From assembly GCA_963841435.1 (NCBI GenBank), contig CAWJCS010000003.1:768001-832000 (forward strand): a DNA stretch of 64,000 nucleotides, written 5' to 3'. The notes under the pieces were generated by a model. It was not told the origin of the DNA, ran no database searches, and saw only the letters and a program-made list of their open reading frames with translations. This document shows positions 8,738 through 18,595 of this stretch, piece by piece. A program made the position numbers and the translations under genes. The number at the start of each line of letters is the position of its first letter. Position 1 is the first letter of the stretch. Source of the DNA: an uncultured delta proteobacterium (GTDB lineage Bacteria > Myxococcota_A > Polyangia > Polyangiales > Polyangiaceae).

Positions 8738-10510
8738 ATGACGACGACCAAGGGCACGCTCGTGACAACCTCTCGGCTCGTGAAGCTCGCGCTGGGCATG
8801 CTCCTGGCCGTCGGGACGGCGACGGCGCTGCCGAGCTGCTCGACGGACACTTCGGTCGAGCCGCTCGGCAAGTCCACCGAGGGCGCGCTCACTTGCATGG
8901 GGGCGGTCTGTCCGGCGGACAGCGGGACCTGCGGCTCGTGGACGTGCGACGCGAACAAGTTCTGCCTCTTCCGCCAGGAGGCCAATGAAGGGGACGCCTG
9001 CTCGAGCATCGCGGGGACACCCAGCGACGGCCACTGCACGACCGCCGACGACAGCAAGGGCGTCTCCTACCTGAAGTGCTGCGTTGGGTGCGCCCAGGAC
9101 GTCAACGGCCGGTTCGTGTGTCTCGTCGGCGACCAGCCGGGCTACTGCGGGGCCGGCGGCGACCGTTGCGTGAGCTGCAGCGCATGCGAGACGTGCAAGG
9201 CCGGAAAGTGCGTCGCGGCCGGCGGCGGCGTCTGCGGCACGTGCAAGTCGTGCGCCAGCGGCGCGTGCATGGCCGAGCCGGTGGGCACCGGCTGCGCCAA
9301 CGGGCGCTGCTCGGCCGATGCCGTCTGCTGCTCGAGCTGCCTCGACACGACCGGTCAGTGCCTGGCCAACACCGATCAGCATTGCGGGAGCGCGGGCAGC
9401 CAGTGCCAGGCTTGTGGGCAGTGCGGGACCTGCATGGGCGGCGCCTGCCAGCCGAAGAGCGGCGGCTGCGACGACGGAGACCCCTGCACGGAAAACGACA
9501 AGTGCAACAACGGCGCGTGCGCGGGCACGCCCGTGCCCGTCGACGACGGAAACCCGTGCACCGACGACGCCTGCACGTCGAGCACCGGCGTCACGCACGT
9601 GAGCAAGCCGGAAGGCACGATGTGCGACGACGGCAGCGCCTGCACGACCGGTGAGCGCTGCACCGACCACGACGGCATGCCGGCCACGGCGCGACGCTGC
9701 GTGCCGACGGGCGGCGTTGACTGCACCGACAGCAATCCCTGCACGTCGGACGTCCCCGACACGAGTTGCATGACGTGCCCCCACACGCCCCTCATGAATG
9801 GCACGCCATGCGTCGACGAGACCAGCCGCTGCGTGGTGAACGAGTCGTGCCAGGACGGCGCCTGCACGGGCGAGCCCAGGGACTGTGACGACGGCAACCC
9901 CTGCACCCAGGACACCTGCGAGGACGCCGACGGCACGGGCGTCGACCCCATCACGGGCTGCAAGCACGAGCCCGAGGCGACCAGCACGACCTGCGACGAC
10001 TCGAACGACTGCACCGAGGACGACCACTGCGCTGACACCGGTGAATGCACCGGCACGGCCAAGACCTGCACGGCGTTCGACGACTGCCACGACGTCGGAA
10101 GCTGCGATCCCGGCACGGGTGAATGCACCGATCCGAGGCTTCCCGAGGGCTCGGCCTGCGAAAGCACGGGCACGTGCGACGCCAACGGGCGCTGCCAGGG
10201 CGGCACGCCCATGGGCACGGGCGGCGGAAGCGGCACCGGCAGCGGCGGCACCGGCACCGGTGAGGCCGGCGACAACGGCACCGGTGGCGGAAGCGGCGGC
10301 AGCAGCGGCACCGGCACCGGTGAGGCCGGTGACAACGGCACGGGTGGCGGAAGCGGCGCTGCGGCGGGGACCGACGGAACGCTCTACGTGCGCGACCCGC
10401 GGGGCTGCTCGTGCGAGATGCCGGGACGGGGCTCTGCGCCGGGCGGTGCGCTCGTGCTTTCGCTCGGCGGGTTGCTCGCACTCGTCACGCGGCGCCGGCG
10501 CGCGGCTTGA
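8738..10510 (+). CDS. Cys-rich surface lipoprotein with Dictyostelium-type CDDGNPCTxDxC repeats and MYXO-CTERM sorting signal
   Basis: Lipobox-like TALPSC; repeated CDDGDPCT/CDDGNPCT/CTDSNPCT; Gly/Thr linker containing a ~60-bp tandem duplication (~10238-10357); GCSC + TM + RRRR end. Confidence 0.88.
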   Translation: MTTTKGTLVTTSRLVKLALGMLLAVGTATALPSCSTDTSVEPLGKSTEGALTCMGAVCPADSGTCGSWTCDANKFCLFRQEANEGDACSSIAGTPSDGHCTTADDSKGVSYLKCCVGCAQDVNGRFVCLVGDQPGYCGAGGDRCVSCSACETCKAGKCVAAGGGVCGTCKSCASGACMAEPVGTGCANGRCSADAVCCSSCLDTTGQCLANTDQHCGSAGSQCQACGQCGTCMGGACQPKSGGCDDGDPCTENDKCNNGACAGTPVPVDDGNPCTDDACTSSTGVTHVSKPEGTMCDDGSACTTGERCTDHDGMPATARRCVPTGGVDCTDSNPCTSDVPDTSCMTCPHTPLMNGTPCVDETSRCVVNESCQDGACTGEPRDCDDGNPCTQDTCEDADGTGVDPITGCKHEPEATSTTCDDSNDCTEDDHCADTGECTGTAKTCTAFDDCHDVGSCDPGTGECTDPRLPEGSACESTGTCDANGRCQGGTPMGTGGGSGTGSGGTGTGEAGDNGTGGGSGGSSGTGTGEAGDNGTGGGSGAAAGTDGTLYVRDPRGCSCEMPGRGSAPGGALVLSLGGLLALVTRRRRAA

Positions 10511-10547
10511 AGGTCTGCCGCGAGCACCTCTCGCCGCTCGCCCCGGG

Positions 10548-11033
10548 TCAGGCCACGCGCTCGACGGCCTCGAGCACGGCGTCGGGCGACGAAATCGGTG
10601 CCTCGGGGCGCCCACCGAAGCAGACGGTGACGCGCTGGGGCGCGCCGTTGACGGCGCCGAGCTCGCCAGCAAGCGCGAGCAGCGCCGCGCGGAGGCGGTC
10701 GGTGGGCTCCGGCGTGGCGCTCACGAGCAGCCGAGCACCGCGGCGCGAGCGGGGGAAGAGCAGGGCGCGACCGATGGCGCGACGCGCCCGGCGCTGCGCG
10801 TCGTCCGCTCGCTCGTTGACGGCCAGCACGGCGAGCTCGAGCGGAACGGCGTGGGGCATGAGCGACGCCGCGACCGAAACGACGCGCGCCGCAAAGGCCG
10901 CCGGACCCTCCCCCTCGAGCTCGACCACGACTCTTCGTGAAGTGCAGGCGGCGTCCCGAACCAGCTGCGCAGGCCAGTCGGCGCCGAGCTCGACGATCAC
11001 CAGCATGCCGGAAGTAGCGCCCTCGGAAGGCAT
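10548..11033 (-). CDS. Hypothetical protein, paralog of 5098..5601
   Basis: LVIVELGADWP / EGPAAFAAR / LLALAGEL / VTVCFG. Start could be 11033 or 11006. Confidence 0.7.
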   Translation of the reverse strand: MPSEGATSGMLVIVELGADWPAQLVRDAACTSRRVVVELEGEGPAAFAARVVSVAASLMPHAVPLELAVLAVNERADDAQRRARRAIGRALLFPRSRRGARLLVSATPEPTDRLRAALLALAGELGAVNGAPQRVTVCFGGRPEAPISSPDAVLEAVERVA

Positions 11034-11120
11034 GCCCGCGAGTTACGCCCGCGGCCTCCCCTGGGCCAAGAATGCAGCGCAAACTCCTTCGGCCCGGAAC
11101 CGGGACTCAAGAAAGCAGTC

Positions 11121-12401
11121 CTAAACCTCGAGCAGGATCCTCGAGGGCTCCTCGAGGCACTGCTTGATGCGCTTGAGGAACGTCACCGCTTCGCGACCGT
11201 CCACGAGGCGATGATCGTAGGTGACCGCGACGTACATCATGGGGCGGATCACCACGGCGCCGTTCAGCGCCACGGGCCGGTCTTGAATGGCGTGAAGCCC
11301 GAGAATGCCGCTCTGCGGCGGGTTCACGATGGGCGTCGAGAGGAGCGAGCCGTAGATGCCGCCGTTCGAGATCGTGAACGTGCCGCCCGAAAGCTCCTCG
11401 AGCGTGAGGCGGTTGTCCTTCGCGCGCTTACCGAAGTCGGCGATCTTCTGCTCCACCTCCGCGAAGCTCAGCCGATCGGCGTCCCGAATCACGGGCACGG
11501 CGAGGCCCTTGCCCCCGCCCACGGCGACGCCGATGTCGTAGTGGTTCTTGTAGAGGATCGTGTTGCCGCGGATCTCGCCGTTGACGGCCGGCACGAGCTT
11601 GAGCGCGTCGATCACCGCTTTGACGAAGAACGACATGAAGCCAAGCTTGATCTGGTATTTTTCCTGGAAAGCCTCCTGATGCTGCTTTCTCAGGGCCATC
11701 ACGTTGCTCATGTCGATCTCGTTGAAGGTCGTGAGCAACGCGGCGGTTTTCTGCGCTGAAACCAGCCGCTCCGCGATGCGCCGCCGGAACGGCGACATCG
11801 TGATCGCTTCCTCGAGCGGGCCCGGATCGACGGCGGCCGGCGCCGGAGCCCGGGTCGAGGCCAGGGGAACCGAAGCCGGCTTCGGAGCGGGCGCACGCGC
11901 GGCGGCGCCGTCGTGACCGTCCTCGTCGGCGTCGTGACGCAGGACATCCTCGCGCAAGAGGCGACCCCCCGGACCCGAGGGCTCCACTTCGTCCTGGCGA
12001 AGCCCGCGCTCCTTGAGCGCGCGGCGCGCGGAAGGCATCACGCGGGCGAAGCCCTGCGGCGGCATGGAGTCGCGCGCGGAGCGCGGCCCCTCCCCCTCGG
12101 AGGCCGGCGGCGGTGCCGACGAGCCGGGCGCGGGCCCCGGCGCGGCCGCGGCGGGCTTGTCGGACGCCTCCTCGAGGATGCCGATCACGTCTCCCACCAT
12201 GGCCTGGTCACCCTGCTTGGCCACGATGCGCGTGATCACGCCGGCAGTCGGTGCCGGTAGATCGATCGTGACCTTGTCGGTCTCGATCTTGACGAGGGTC
12301 TCGTCCTGCTCGACACGGTCCCCCTCGCCCTTCAGCCACTCGCCGATCTGCACCTCGCTGACGGATTCCCCGACCGCGGGCACTTTGAGCTCGATCGCCA
12401 T
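11121..12401 (-). CDS. sucB: 2-oxoglutarate dehydrogenase E2, dihydrolipoamide succinyltransferase
   Basis: Lipoyl domain IETDKV; E3-binding [36 protein letters not shown]. Confidence 0.95.
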   Translation of the reverse strand: MAIELKVPAVGESVSEVQIGEWLKGEGDRVEQDETLVKIETDKVTIDLPAPTAGVITRIVAKQGDQAMVGDVIGILEEASDKPAAAAPGPAPGSSAPPPASEGEGPRSARDSMPPQGFARVMPSARRALKERGLRQDEVEPSGPGGRLLREDVLRHDADEDGHDGAAARAPAPKPASVPLASTRAPAPAAVDPGPLEEAITMSPFRRRIAERLVSAQKTAALLTTFNEIDMSNVMALRKQHQEAFQEKYQIKLGFMSFFVKAVIDALKLVPAVNGEIRGNTILYKNHYDIGVAVGGGKGLAVPVIRDADRLSFAEVEQKIADFGKRAKDNRLTLEELSGGTFTISNGGIYGSLLSTPIVNPPQSGILGLHAIQDRPVALNGAVVIRPMMYVAVTYDHRLVDGREAVTFLKRIKQCLEEPSRILLEV

Positions 12402-12479
12402 CGTGAGGCACCGAATAACGCCGCCGCCTCGCGGTTGCAATCGCTCACGGTTCGTTCGCACGACCCGACGGGCGCGTGC

Positions 12480-15323
12480 TCAGCCGAATGCACGCTCGAG
12501 CAGCTGTTGTTGCTCGAGCTTGTGACAGCTGGCAGACCCGGTCGCGGGGCTCGCCGACTCGGCACGGCACACGCCCACGAGCGGAAAGCGACCGAACAGC
12601 ATGCTGCCGAAACGCGCCTTGATGGTGCGCCACGCTCCCATGTTCTCGGGCTCTTCCTGGACCCACAGCGCGGGGGTGCCGTCTTCGAGGTGGTCGACGG
12701 CCGCGTGCAGGTAAACGTCCGGCAGCGGGTAGAGTTGCTCGACGCGCACGATCTCGACGTCGTCACGCCCGAGCTCGTGTCGGCGCTTGTCGAGGTCGTA
12801 AAAAACCTTGCCCGTACAGAGCAAGAGGCGCGTGGTCTTCTTGATGACGCGCGCGGCGGCCGTGCGGCCGTCGGGGATGACGCGCTGGAAGCGCCCTTCG
12901 GCGCAGTCCTCGAGCGGGCTCGTCGCCTGTGGGTGCCTGAGCAAGCTCTTCGGCGTGAGCACGACGAGGGGCTTGCGCCACTGGCGAATGGCTTGCCGCC
13001 GGAGCAGGTGGAAGCACTGTGCGGGCGTCGTCGGCTGGGCGATCTGGATGTTCTCTTCGGCGGCCAGCGTGAGAAAACGCTCGAGGCGCGCGCTCGAGTG
13101 CTCCGGCCCCTGCCCCTCGAAGCCGTGCGGCAGGAGCAGCACGAGGCCGGACAGGCGCTTCCACTTGTCCTCGGCGCTCACGATGAACTGGTCGATGATG
13201 ATCTGCGCGGCGTTCGCGAAGTCACCGAACTGCGCCTCCCACAGCACGAGCGCGTCCGGCCAGTCCAGGCTGTAGCCGTATTCGAAGCCGAGCACGGCAG
13301 CCTCGCTGAGCGCCGAGTTGTAGATCTCGATGGGAGCTTGCCCGGGCTCGAGGTGGCAAAGCGGCATGTAGGGCTGCCCGTTCTCGAAGTCGTGGAGCAC
13401 GGCGTGCCGGTGGCTGAAGGTGCCGCGCGCCGCGTCTTGCCCGGTGAGGCGCACGCGCACGCCGTCGGTGACGAGCGACGCGAAGGCGAGCGCTTCGGCC
13501 GCGCCCCAGTCGAGGTTCTTTTCCCCGCGTGCCATGGCGCGCCGGGACCCGAGGAGCTTGTCGATCTGCTTGTGCGGGTGAAAGCCTTCGGGCAGCTCCG
13601 TCTGCTTCTCGAGCAGCGCTTGGAGCCGGGCGCGGGGCAGGCTCGTATCGACCTCGGCGATGTCCGCCTCGGGGCCACCGCGATAGCCCTGCCAGAAGCC
13701 GCCCAGCCAGTCCTGCGAACGCTTGTAGTCCGGTCGCCGCGCCGCACCGAGTTCGCGCTCGAGGTGCTCGCGCCGCTCGACGGCGATGTGGTCCGCCTCT
13801 TCGCGTGTGACGCCGCCGAGCCCGAGCAGGTGCTCGAGGTAGCCGTCGCGCACGCTCTTTCGCTCGGCAATGGCGCGGTAGAGCAGGGGCTGCGTGAACG
13901 CGGGCTCGTCGGTCTCGTTGTGGCCGTAGCGGCGGTAGCCGTACATGTCGATGACGACGTCGCGCAGGAAGGTGTCGCGAAAGTCCATCGCGAGGCGCAC
14001 CACCTGCGCCACGGCCTCCGGATCCTCGCCGTTGACGTGGAAGATCGGGATCTGCAGCATCTTGGCGACGTCGGTCGCGTAGGTGGTGGAGCGGCCTTGC
14101 GAGGGCGGCGTCGTGAAACCGATCTGGTTGTTGACGACGATGTGCAGCGTGCCGCCCGTCGTGTACGCGTCGAGCTGGCTCAAGTTCAGGGTTTCCTGAA
14201 TGATGCCCTCGCCGGCGAACGCGGCGTCACCGTGGATCAAGACGGCGATCTTCCTGCTGCGCGCGACGTCGCCCACGCGATCTTGCTTGCCGCGCGTGCG
14301 GCCGATCGCGACCGGGTTGACGAACTCGAGATGGCTCGGGTTGAAGCACAGCGAAAGATGCACCTTGCGTCCGCTCGCGGTGACGAAGTCCGAGCTGTGA
14401 CCGAGGTGGTACTTCACGTCACCGCTGCCGAAGTAAAGCTCGGGGTCGGTGTCCTCGAACTCGCGGAAGATGTCGCGCGGGTTCTTGCCCATGATGTTCG
14501 CAAGCACGTTGAGGCGTCCGCGATGGGCCATGGCGAGGACGATCTCGTCCACTTCGTGCGGATCACCGGCTCGATCGATGAGGAAGGCGAGCAGCGGAAT
14601 CAGGCTCTCGGAGCCCTCGAGCGAGAAGCTCTTCGCGCCCACGAACTTCTTCTGGATGAATTCCTCGAAGATGGTCGCGTCCGTCAGCTTGGTGAGGATG
14701 CGCAGCTGTTCCTCGCGCGACAGCTCGAGCCGATTCTCCGTCCCCTCCATCCGATCCTGAAGCCAGTTTTTTACCGTGAGGTCGTCGATGTGCATGAACT
14801 GCACGCCGATGGACCGGCAGTAGGTGTTCGATAGGCGCGTCAGCATCTGGCGCAACGTGAGCGCCTCGGCGCCGAAGATCGTGCGGCTCGAGAACTTGCG
14901 ATCGAGGTCGGCCGGGGCCAGACCGTAAAACGCGGGGTCGAGCTCGGGCTGCGAGGGCCGCGGTAGCCCCAGCGGATCGATCTTCGCCATCATGTGGCCG
15001 CGCACGCGGTACGCGCGGATCAACGCATCGACCTGGTCCTGCCGAACCAGAGCCTGAGAGATGCCGCTCGACGCCACGGCACCGTTCTTCTCGGGCGCGG
15101 CGCCGGTCGGAACGCTCGCGCCGTTCGTGTGGCCCGGCGCGTTGCCGAACAGCGACGCCGGACGAAACTGCGGGCCGAGCGAGGTGCCGCGTCGCGCGGG
15201 ATCACCGTCGAGCTCGGAGAAATAGCGCTGCCACTCCGGCGGCACGCGCGACGGATCCATCAGGTAGTCACCGTAGAGCCCCTCCACGAACGGGAGGCTC
15301 GCGGCGTTGAATTCGCTTGCCAT
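12480..15323 (-). CDS. sucA: 2-oxoglutarate dehydrogenase E1
   Basis: AYRVRGH, MAHRGRLN, GDVKYHLG, NPSHLE, HGDAAFAGEG..NNQ, WEAQFGDFAN, PHGFEGQGPEHSSARLERF, SPATG. Confidence 0.96.
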   Translation of the reverse strand: MASEFNAASLPFVEGLYGDYLMDPSRVPPEWQRYFSELDGDPARRGTSLGPQFRPASLFGNAPGHTNGASVPTGAAPEKNGAVASSGISQALVRQDQVDALIRAYRVRGHMMAKIDPLGLPRPSQPELDPAFYGLAPADLDRKFSSRTIFGAEALTLRQMLTRLSNTYCRSIGVQFMHIDDLTVKNWLQDRMEGTENRLELSREEQLRILTKLTDATIFEEFIQKKFVGAKSFSLEGSESLIPLLAFLIDRAGDPHEVDEIVLAMAHRGRLNVLANIMGKNPRDIFREFEDTDPELYFGSGDVKYHLGHSSDFVTASGRKVHLSLCFNPSHLEFVNPVAIGRTRGKQDRVGDVARSRKIAVLIHGDAAFAGEGIIQETLNLSQLDAYTTGGTLHIVVNNQIGFTTPPSQGRSTTYATDVAKMLQIPIFHVNGEDPEAVAQVVRLAMDFRDTFLRDVVIDMYGYRRYGHNETDEPAFTQPLLYRAIAERKSVRDGYLEHLLGLGGVTREEADHIAVERREHLERELGAARRPDYKRSQDWLGGFWQGYRGGPEADIAEVDTSLPRARLQALLEKQTELPEGFHPHKQIDKLLGSRRAMARGEKNLDWGAAEALAFASLVTDGVRVRLTGQDAARGTFSHRHAVLHDFENGQPYMPLCHLEPGQAPIEIYNSALSEAAVLGFEYGYSLDWPDALVLWEAQFGDFANAAQIIIDQFIVSAEDKWKRLSGLVLLLPHGFEGQGPEHSSARLERFLTLAAEENIQIAQPTTPAQCFHLLRRQAIRQWRKPLVVLTPKSLLRHPQATSPLEDCAEGRFQRVIPDGRTAAARVIKKTTRLLLCTGKVFYDLDKRRHELGRDDVEIVRVEQLYPLPDVYLHAAVDHLEDGTPALWVQEEPENMGAWRTIKARFGSMLFGRFPLVGVCRAESASPATGSASCHKLEQQQLLERAFG

Positions 15324-15379
15324 GCGAGTGGCGCGAGTTTTTGTGTCAGTTTCCCTCGCGGTCAAGGCCGCGAGCTGGC

Positions 15380-16735
15380 ATGGGGCGCTGGACCGCGGTA
15401 ACCTCACCGATCTTGGTCGGGACGTTACGTTCGAAACGAGCCAGGGCCCGGCGGCTAGGGCGCGCTTCCCTCACCGCGGCAGGGGCGGTGGCGCTCGTGC
15501 TCGTTTCGCACGGTTGCTCCGGCAAATCTCACGCGGACGACGATGACGACACGTTGGCCGGCGAGGGCGGAGCGCCGGGCAGCGGCGGCAGCTCGGGAGC
15601 AGGCCGGGGCGGTTCGATGGCATGCCCCCCGGGCGAAGCCGTGTGCGACGGCGAGTTCCTGACCGTGTGCAACCAGGAAGGGACGGGCTACACGCTGCGC
15701 ATCGATTGCGCGCCCGCGGCCTGCGTCGCGACGAGCGAGGGCGCCAACTGTGGTGAGGCCGGTGGTGGCGGCTCGGGGGGCGGCGGCGCGGCGACAGGTG
15801 GCTCGGGGGGGAGCGGTGGCCCGGGCGGTGGCTCGGGCGGCACCGGAGGCGGCTCGGCCTCGGGTGGCAGCGGCGGCGACGCCGGCTCGAGCTCCGGGGG
15901 TGATTCGGGCAGCGGCGGCAGCTCGGCGAGCGGCGGTAGCTCGGCGAGCGGCGGTAGCTCGGCGAGCGGCGGTAGCTCGGCGAGCGGCGGCAGCTCGGGC
16001 AGTGGCGGCTCGACCACGGGGCCTTGCGACACCGACGGGTTCTTCCTGTGCGACTGCCTGCCGGCGTTCGGCGCGGGAGAGCAGGTGCTCGACGGCGCGG
16101 GAGACGATTTCGTCACGGTGCCACCGATGACGTTCGACGTGAGCTCGATGCCCTACCTGAGCCCGGACCACGACGCTCCCGCGACGGCCACGGCGACGGT
16201 GCGCGCCGCGTGGACGGCGGATGCGTTCGTCGCGCACGTGCACGTCGTCGATCCGCTCGTGATCGCCGACACGGCAGCGACGCTCTGGAACGGCGACGCC
16301 GTGCAGTTCTTCGCCGCGGGCACGGACCTTCTCACGGGCTCGTATTCGGGCACGGAAGACGGCGGAGCGACGCACGTCATCATCGCGCCGCCGACGGACA
16401 CCAAGGCGCCGCGCGCCATCACCATTTACGAGCCATGTTATGCCTGCGTCACCACGTCGATCCTCGCGACGTCGAGCTATGCCGCGCGCACCGTCGCCGA
16501 CGGCTACGAGGTCGAGGTGCGGCTGCCGTGGGCGTCGAACGCCGTCCCTCGCGTTTCGGGCGCGCGCATCGCGCTCGACCTGGTGATCGGCGTCGCGAAC
16601 AGCGCCGGCAGCGGCCTCGAGCTCGAGGGCACGCTCCGGAACGATCCCACGCTCCCCTCCGACTCGTGCTCGCCGACGCCGCGAACCCACCCCGGCTGCG
16701 ACGATCGCGTGTGGTGCACGCCGAGGCTCGAGTAG
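15380..16735 (+). CDS. Lipoprotein with Gly/Ser linker and C-terminal CBM9/DOMON-like sugar-binding domain (start uncertain)
   Basis: Lipobox-like VLVSHGC; VRAAWTADAFVAHVHVVDP..WNGDAVQFF..GYEVEVRLPW..IALDL resembles the CBM9-like fold. Confidence 0.65.
   Translation: MGRWTAVTSPILVGTLRSKRARARRLGRASLTAAGAVALVLVSHGCSGKSHADDDDDTLAGEGGAPGSGGSSGAGRGGSMACPPGEAVCDGEFLTVCNQEGTGYTLRIDCAPAACVATSEGANCGEAGGGGSGGGGAATGGSGGSGGPGGGSGGTGGGSASGGSGGDAGSSSGGDSGSGGSSASGGSSASGGSSASGGSSASGGSSGSGGSTTGPCDTDGFFLCDCLPAFGAGEQVLDGAGDDFVTVPPMTFDVSSMPYLSPDHDAPATATATVRAAWTADAFVAHVHVVDPLVIADTAATLWNGDAVQFFAAGTDLLTGSYSGTEDGGATHVIIAPPTDTKAPRAITIYEPCYACVTTSILATSSYAARTVADGYEVEVRLPWASNAVPRVSGARIALDLVIGVANSAGSGLELEGTLRNDPTLPSDSCSPTPRTHPGCDDRVWCTPRLE
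15911..16000 (+). repeat. 18-bp coding tandem repeat x5 (SGGSSA)
   Basis: AGCGGCGG(C/T)AGCTCGGCG units read directly; last unit imperfect. Confidence 0.85.
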
Positions 16736-16748
16736 CCCGGGCGGCGCC

Positions 16749-17396
16749 TCAGCGCGCACCCTTCGCGACGGCGCCTGCCCGGAGATACCCCGAGCTCAAA
16801 AATCCCTCGATCTGCCCGGTGAGCGCCTCGGCGCTCTCCTCGGCGAGGCCGAGCGTCACCGCCTGGTAGAGCAGCTCCTTGAGCGCGCCGATCGTGAGGT
16901 AAGCGAACACTCGGGGCTCACCGTCGGCGACGATGCCGAGCGCCTGGCCGTCCTTCAAGCTCTCGGCGAGCAGACCCACCATGGCATCGTAGAAGGTCGC
17001 AAGCTTTCGATCGAACGCGGGATCGACACCCGAAGCCGCGTCCGTGATGAGGATCTTCGTCATCGCGCGCTCACTCAGGCACGCGCCGATGATGCTGCGG
17101 ATGTTCTCGCGCACCTGGGAGGCGACACTGCGCGACGGATCGTCGGTCACGATGCGCGCGATCGCGACGGCGAGCTGCGAGGCGAAGCGGTCGATGAGAT
17201 CGGAGAACACCGCGCGCTTGTCCTCGAAATAGAGGTAAAAGGTGCCCCGCGCGACGCCCGCCTGCTCGACGATGTCGTCGATCGTCGTCTGGTGGTAGCC
17301 GCGCCTCGCGAAGACACTGCGCGCTGCCGCGAGGATTTGCAGGCGACGTTCGGCCTTCGCCACGGCGGGGGCGCGCGGCTTCTTCTTCGGGGTCAC
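16749..17396 (-). CDS. TetR/AcrR family transcriptional regulator
   Basis: RRLQILAAARSVFARRGYHQTTIDDIVEQAGVARGTFYLYFEDK HTH; GTG start at 17396 assumed. Confidence 0.92.
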   Translation of the reverse strand: MTPKKKPRAPAVAKAERRLQILAAARSVFARRGYHQTTIDDIVEQAGVARGTFYLYFEDKRAVFSDLIDRFASQLAVAIARIVTDDPSRSVASQVRENIRSIIGACLSERAMTKILITDAASGVDPAFDRKLATFYDAMVGLLAESLKDGQALGIVADGEPRVFAYLTIGALKELLYQAVTLGLAEESAEALTGQIEGFLSSGYLRAGAVAKGAR

Positions 17397-17451
17397 GGGG
17401 CCCGAGCATGGGCGGACCGCGAGGGCGCCGCAAAGACAGCCGTGCCCGGCG

Positions 17452-17471
17452 GCTGGCACAGCTGTGCCAGC
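17452..17471. promoter_or_regulatory. Perfect 20-bp palindrome GCTGGCACAGCTGTGCCAGC; candidate TetR operator or enhancer
   Basis: Self-complementary; lies between divergent tetR and lipoprotein genes. Confidence 0.55.
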
Positions 17472-17543
17472 GCCGCGCCGGGCGGCTCCGTCGAATCCGC
17501 AGCAATCCTGCTGAATTCGCCCGAGCGAGCGGCGCTCACGGGC

Positions 17544-17557
17544 GGCACGGCGCTTGC
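17544..17557 (+). promoter_or_regulatory. Putative sigma54 (-24/-12) promoter
   Basis: GGCACGGCGCTTGC = GG-N10-GC with GGCAC and TTGC, 18 nt before ATG 17576. Confidence 0.6.
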
Positions 17558-17575
17558 GTCTATTGGGGGGTTCGG

Positions 17576-18550
17576 ATGCGCAATTTTTCCTGGCGATGGA
17601 TAGTGGTGGCTTCCCTGACAGGCCTCGCGTGCGGGGGGCAGAGTCTCGTTGAGGAGGCCGGTGGGACCGGCGGCGACGGCGGGTCGGTGGCCGGAGGCAG
17701 CGGCGGGAGCGGCGGCACGGTCACGACGGGCGGCACGGGTGCGACGGGCGGCACGGTCACGACCGGCGGCACGGGTGCGGTTGGCGCCACGGGAGGCTCG
17801 GGCGGAACGGTGACGGCCGGCACGGGCGGGAGCGGCGCGACACCGGGCGCTGGTGGCAGCGCGGGCTCGGGAACGGGCGGCACTGCCGCCGTCGGCGGGG
17901 CCGGCGCGATTGGCGGCGTCGCGGGCGCGGCGGCCGTCGGTGGCGTCCCCCCGGGCGGGATGGGCGGCGGCGCGGGCAGCGTAGCGGTAAACTGCGTCGA
18001 CCCGGACGTCGGAATGCAGGGCACGGCCGCCTGGACCGTGCGAGCCACGACGACGGGCGAAAACGGCTCCTTCACGGACACGTGTGACGAGAACGGCAAC
18101 CTCATCGAGTACCTTTGCGAGACCGCGACGTGTGGGTTCGACACGGCCGGCGCCGTGCCGGCAGCCGGCGGGAGCTCGGACGTGGGCGTCCCGTGCCAGC
18201 CCATCACGAGCCGATTCGTGATTTCGACCAGCGTCAACTGCGCCGGACGCTGTGTCGAAGGCGCCTGCAACTGGTTTTGCGCTTCGCAGGGCGACACGCT
18301 CACCGTCGTGGAGGCGCCCGGCGATCACGTCACCTTCGAGGATGGCGGGACCATTCTCGACTGCAAACCGCTCGTCGAGCTCGGCGGCTTCGAGTGCCTT
18401 TCGCCGGCGCTGCTCGGGCACACGATGAGCGTCGTCTCGCTCGGCAACTGCACGGCCCAGAGCACGGTCCTCGGCGCCGACGACGCGACGACCACTCCCG
18501 GCGAGGATTGCGCCTACGAGTGCATCCCGCGCGACGGCGCGACCCAGTAG
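17576..18550 (+). CDS. Lipoprotein with Gly/Thr linker and Cys-rich C-terminal domain
   Basis: MRNFSWRWIVVASLTGLAC lipobox; GGTGATGGTVTT repeats; FTDTCDENGNLIEYLC etc. Confidence 0.8.
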   Translation: MRNFSWRWIVVASLTGLACGGQSLVEEAGGTGGDGGSVAGGSGGSGGTVTTGGTGATGGTVTTGGTGAVGATGGSGGTVTAGTGGSGATPGAGGSAGSGTGGTAAVGGAGAIGGVAGAAAVGGVPPGGMGGGAGSVAVNCVDPDVGMQGTAAWTVRATTTGENGSFTDTCDENGNLIEYLCETATCGFDTAGAVPAAGGSSDVGVPCQPITSRFVISTSVNCAGRCVEGACNWFCASQGDTLTVVEAPGDHVTFEDGGTILDCKPLVELGGFECLSPALLGHTMSVVSLGNCTAQSTVLGADDATTTPGEDCAYECIPRDGATQ

Positions 18551-18595
18551 CGCACGACCGCGACCGCGCGCGCCGCGCCACGCGAAGCAGGCCGC

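Noticed and set aside
12435-14834. Long antisense ORFs (also 8087..10672, 36640..38742, 53433..56189, 61922..63790)
   Set aside because: Expected stop-poor shadow frames in high-GC DNA opposite well-supported genes; no recognisable motifs.
916-15323. fadIJ and sucAB as novel
   Set aside because: Canonical housekeeping genes with standard motifs and order.
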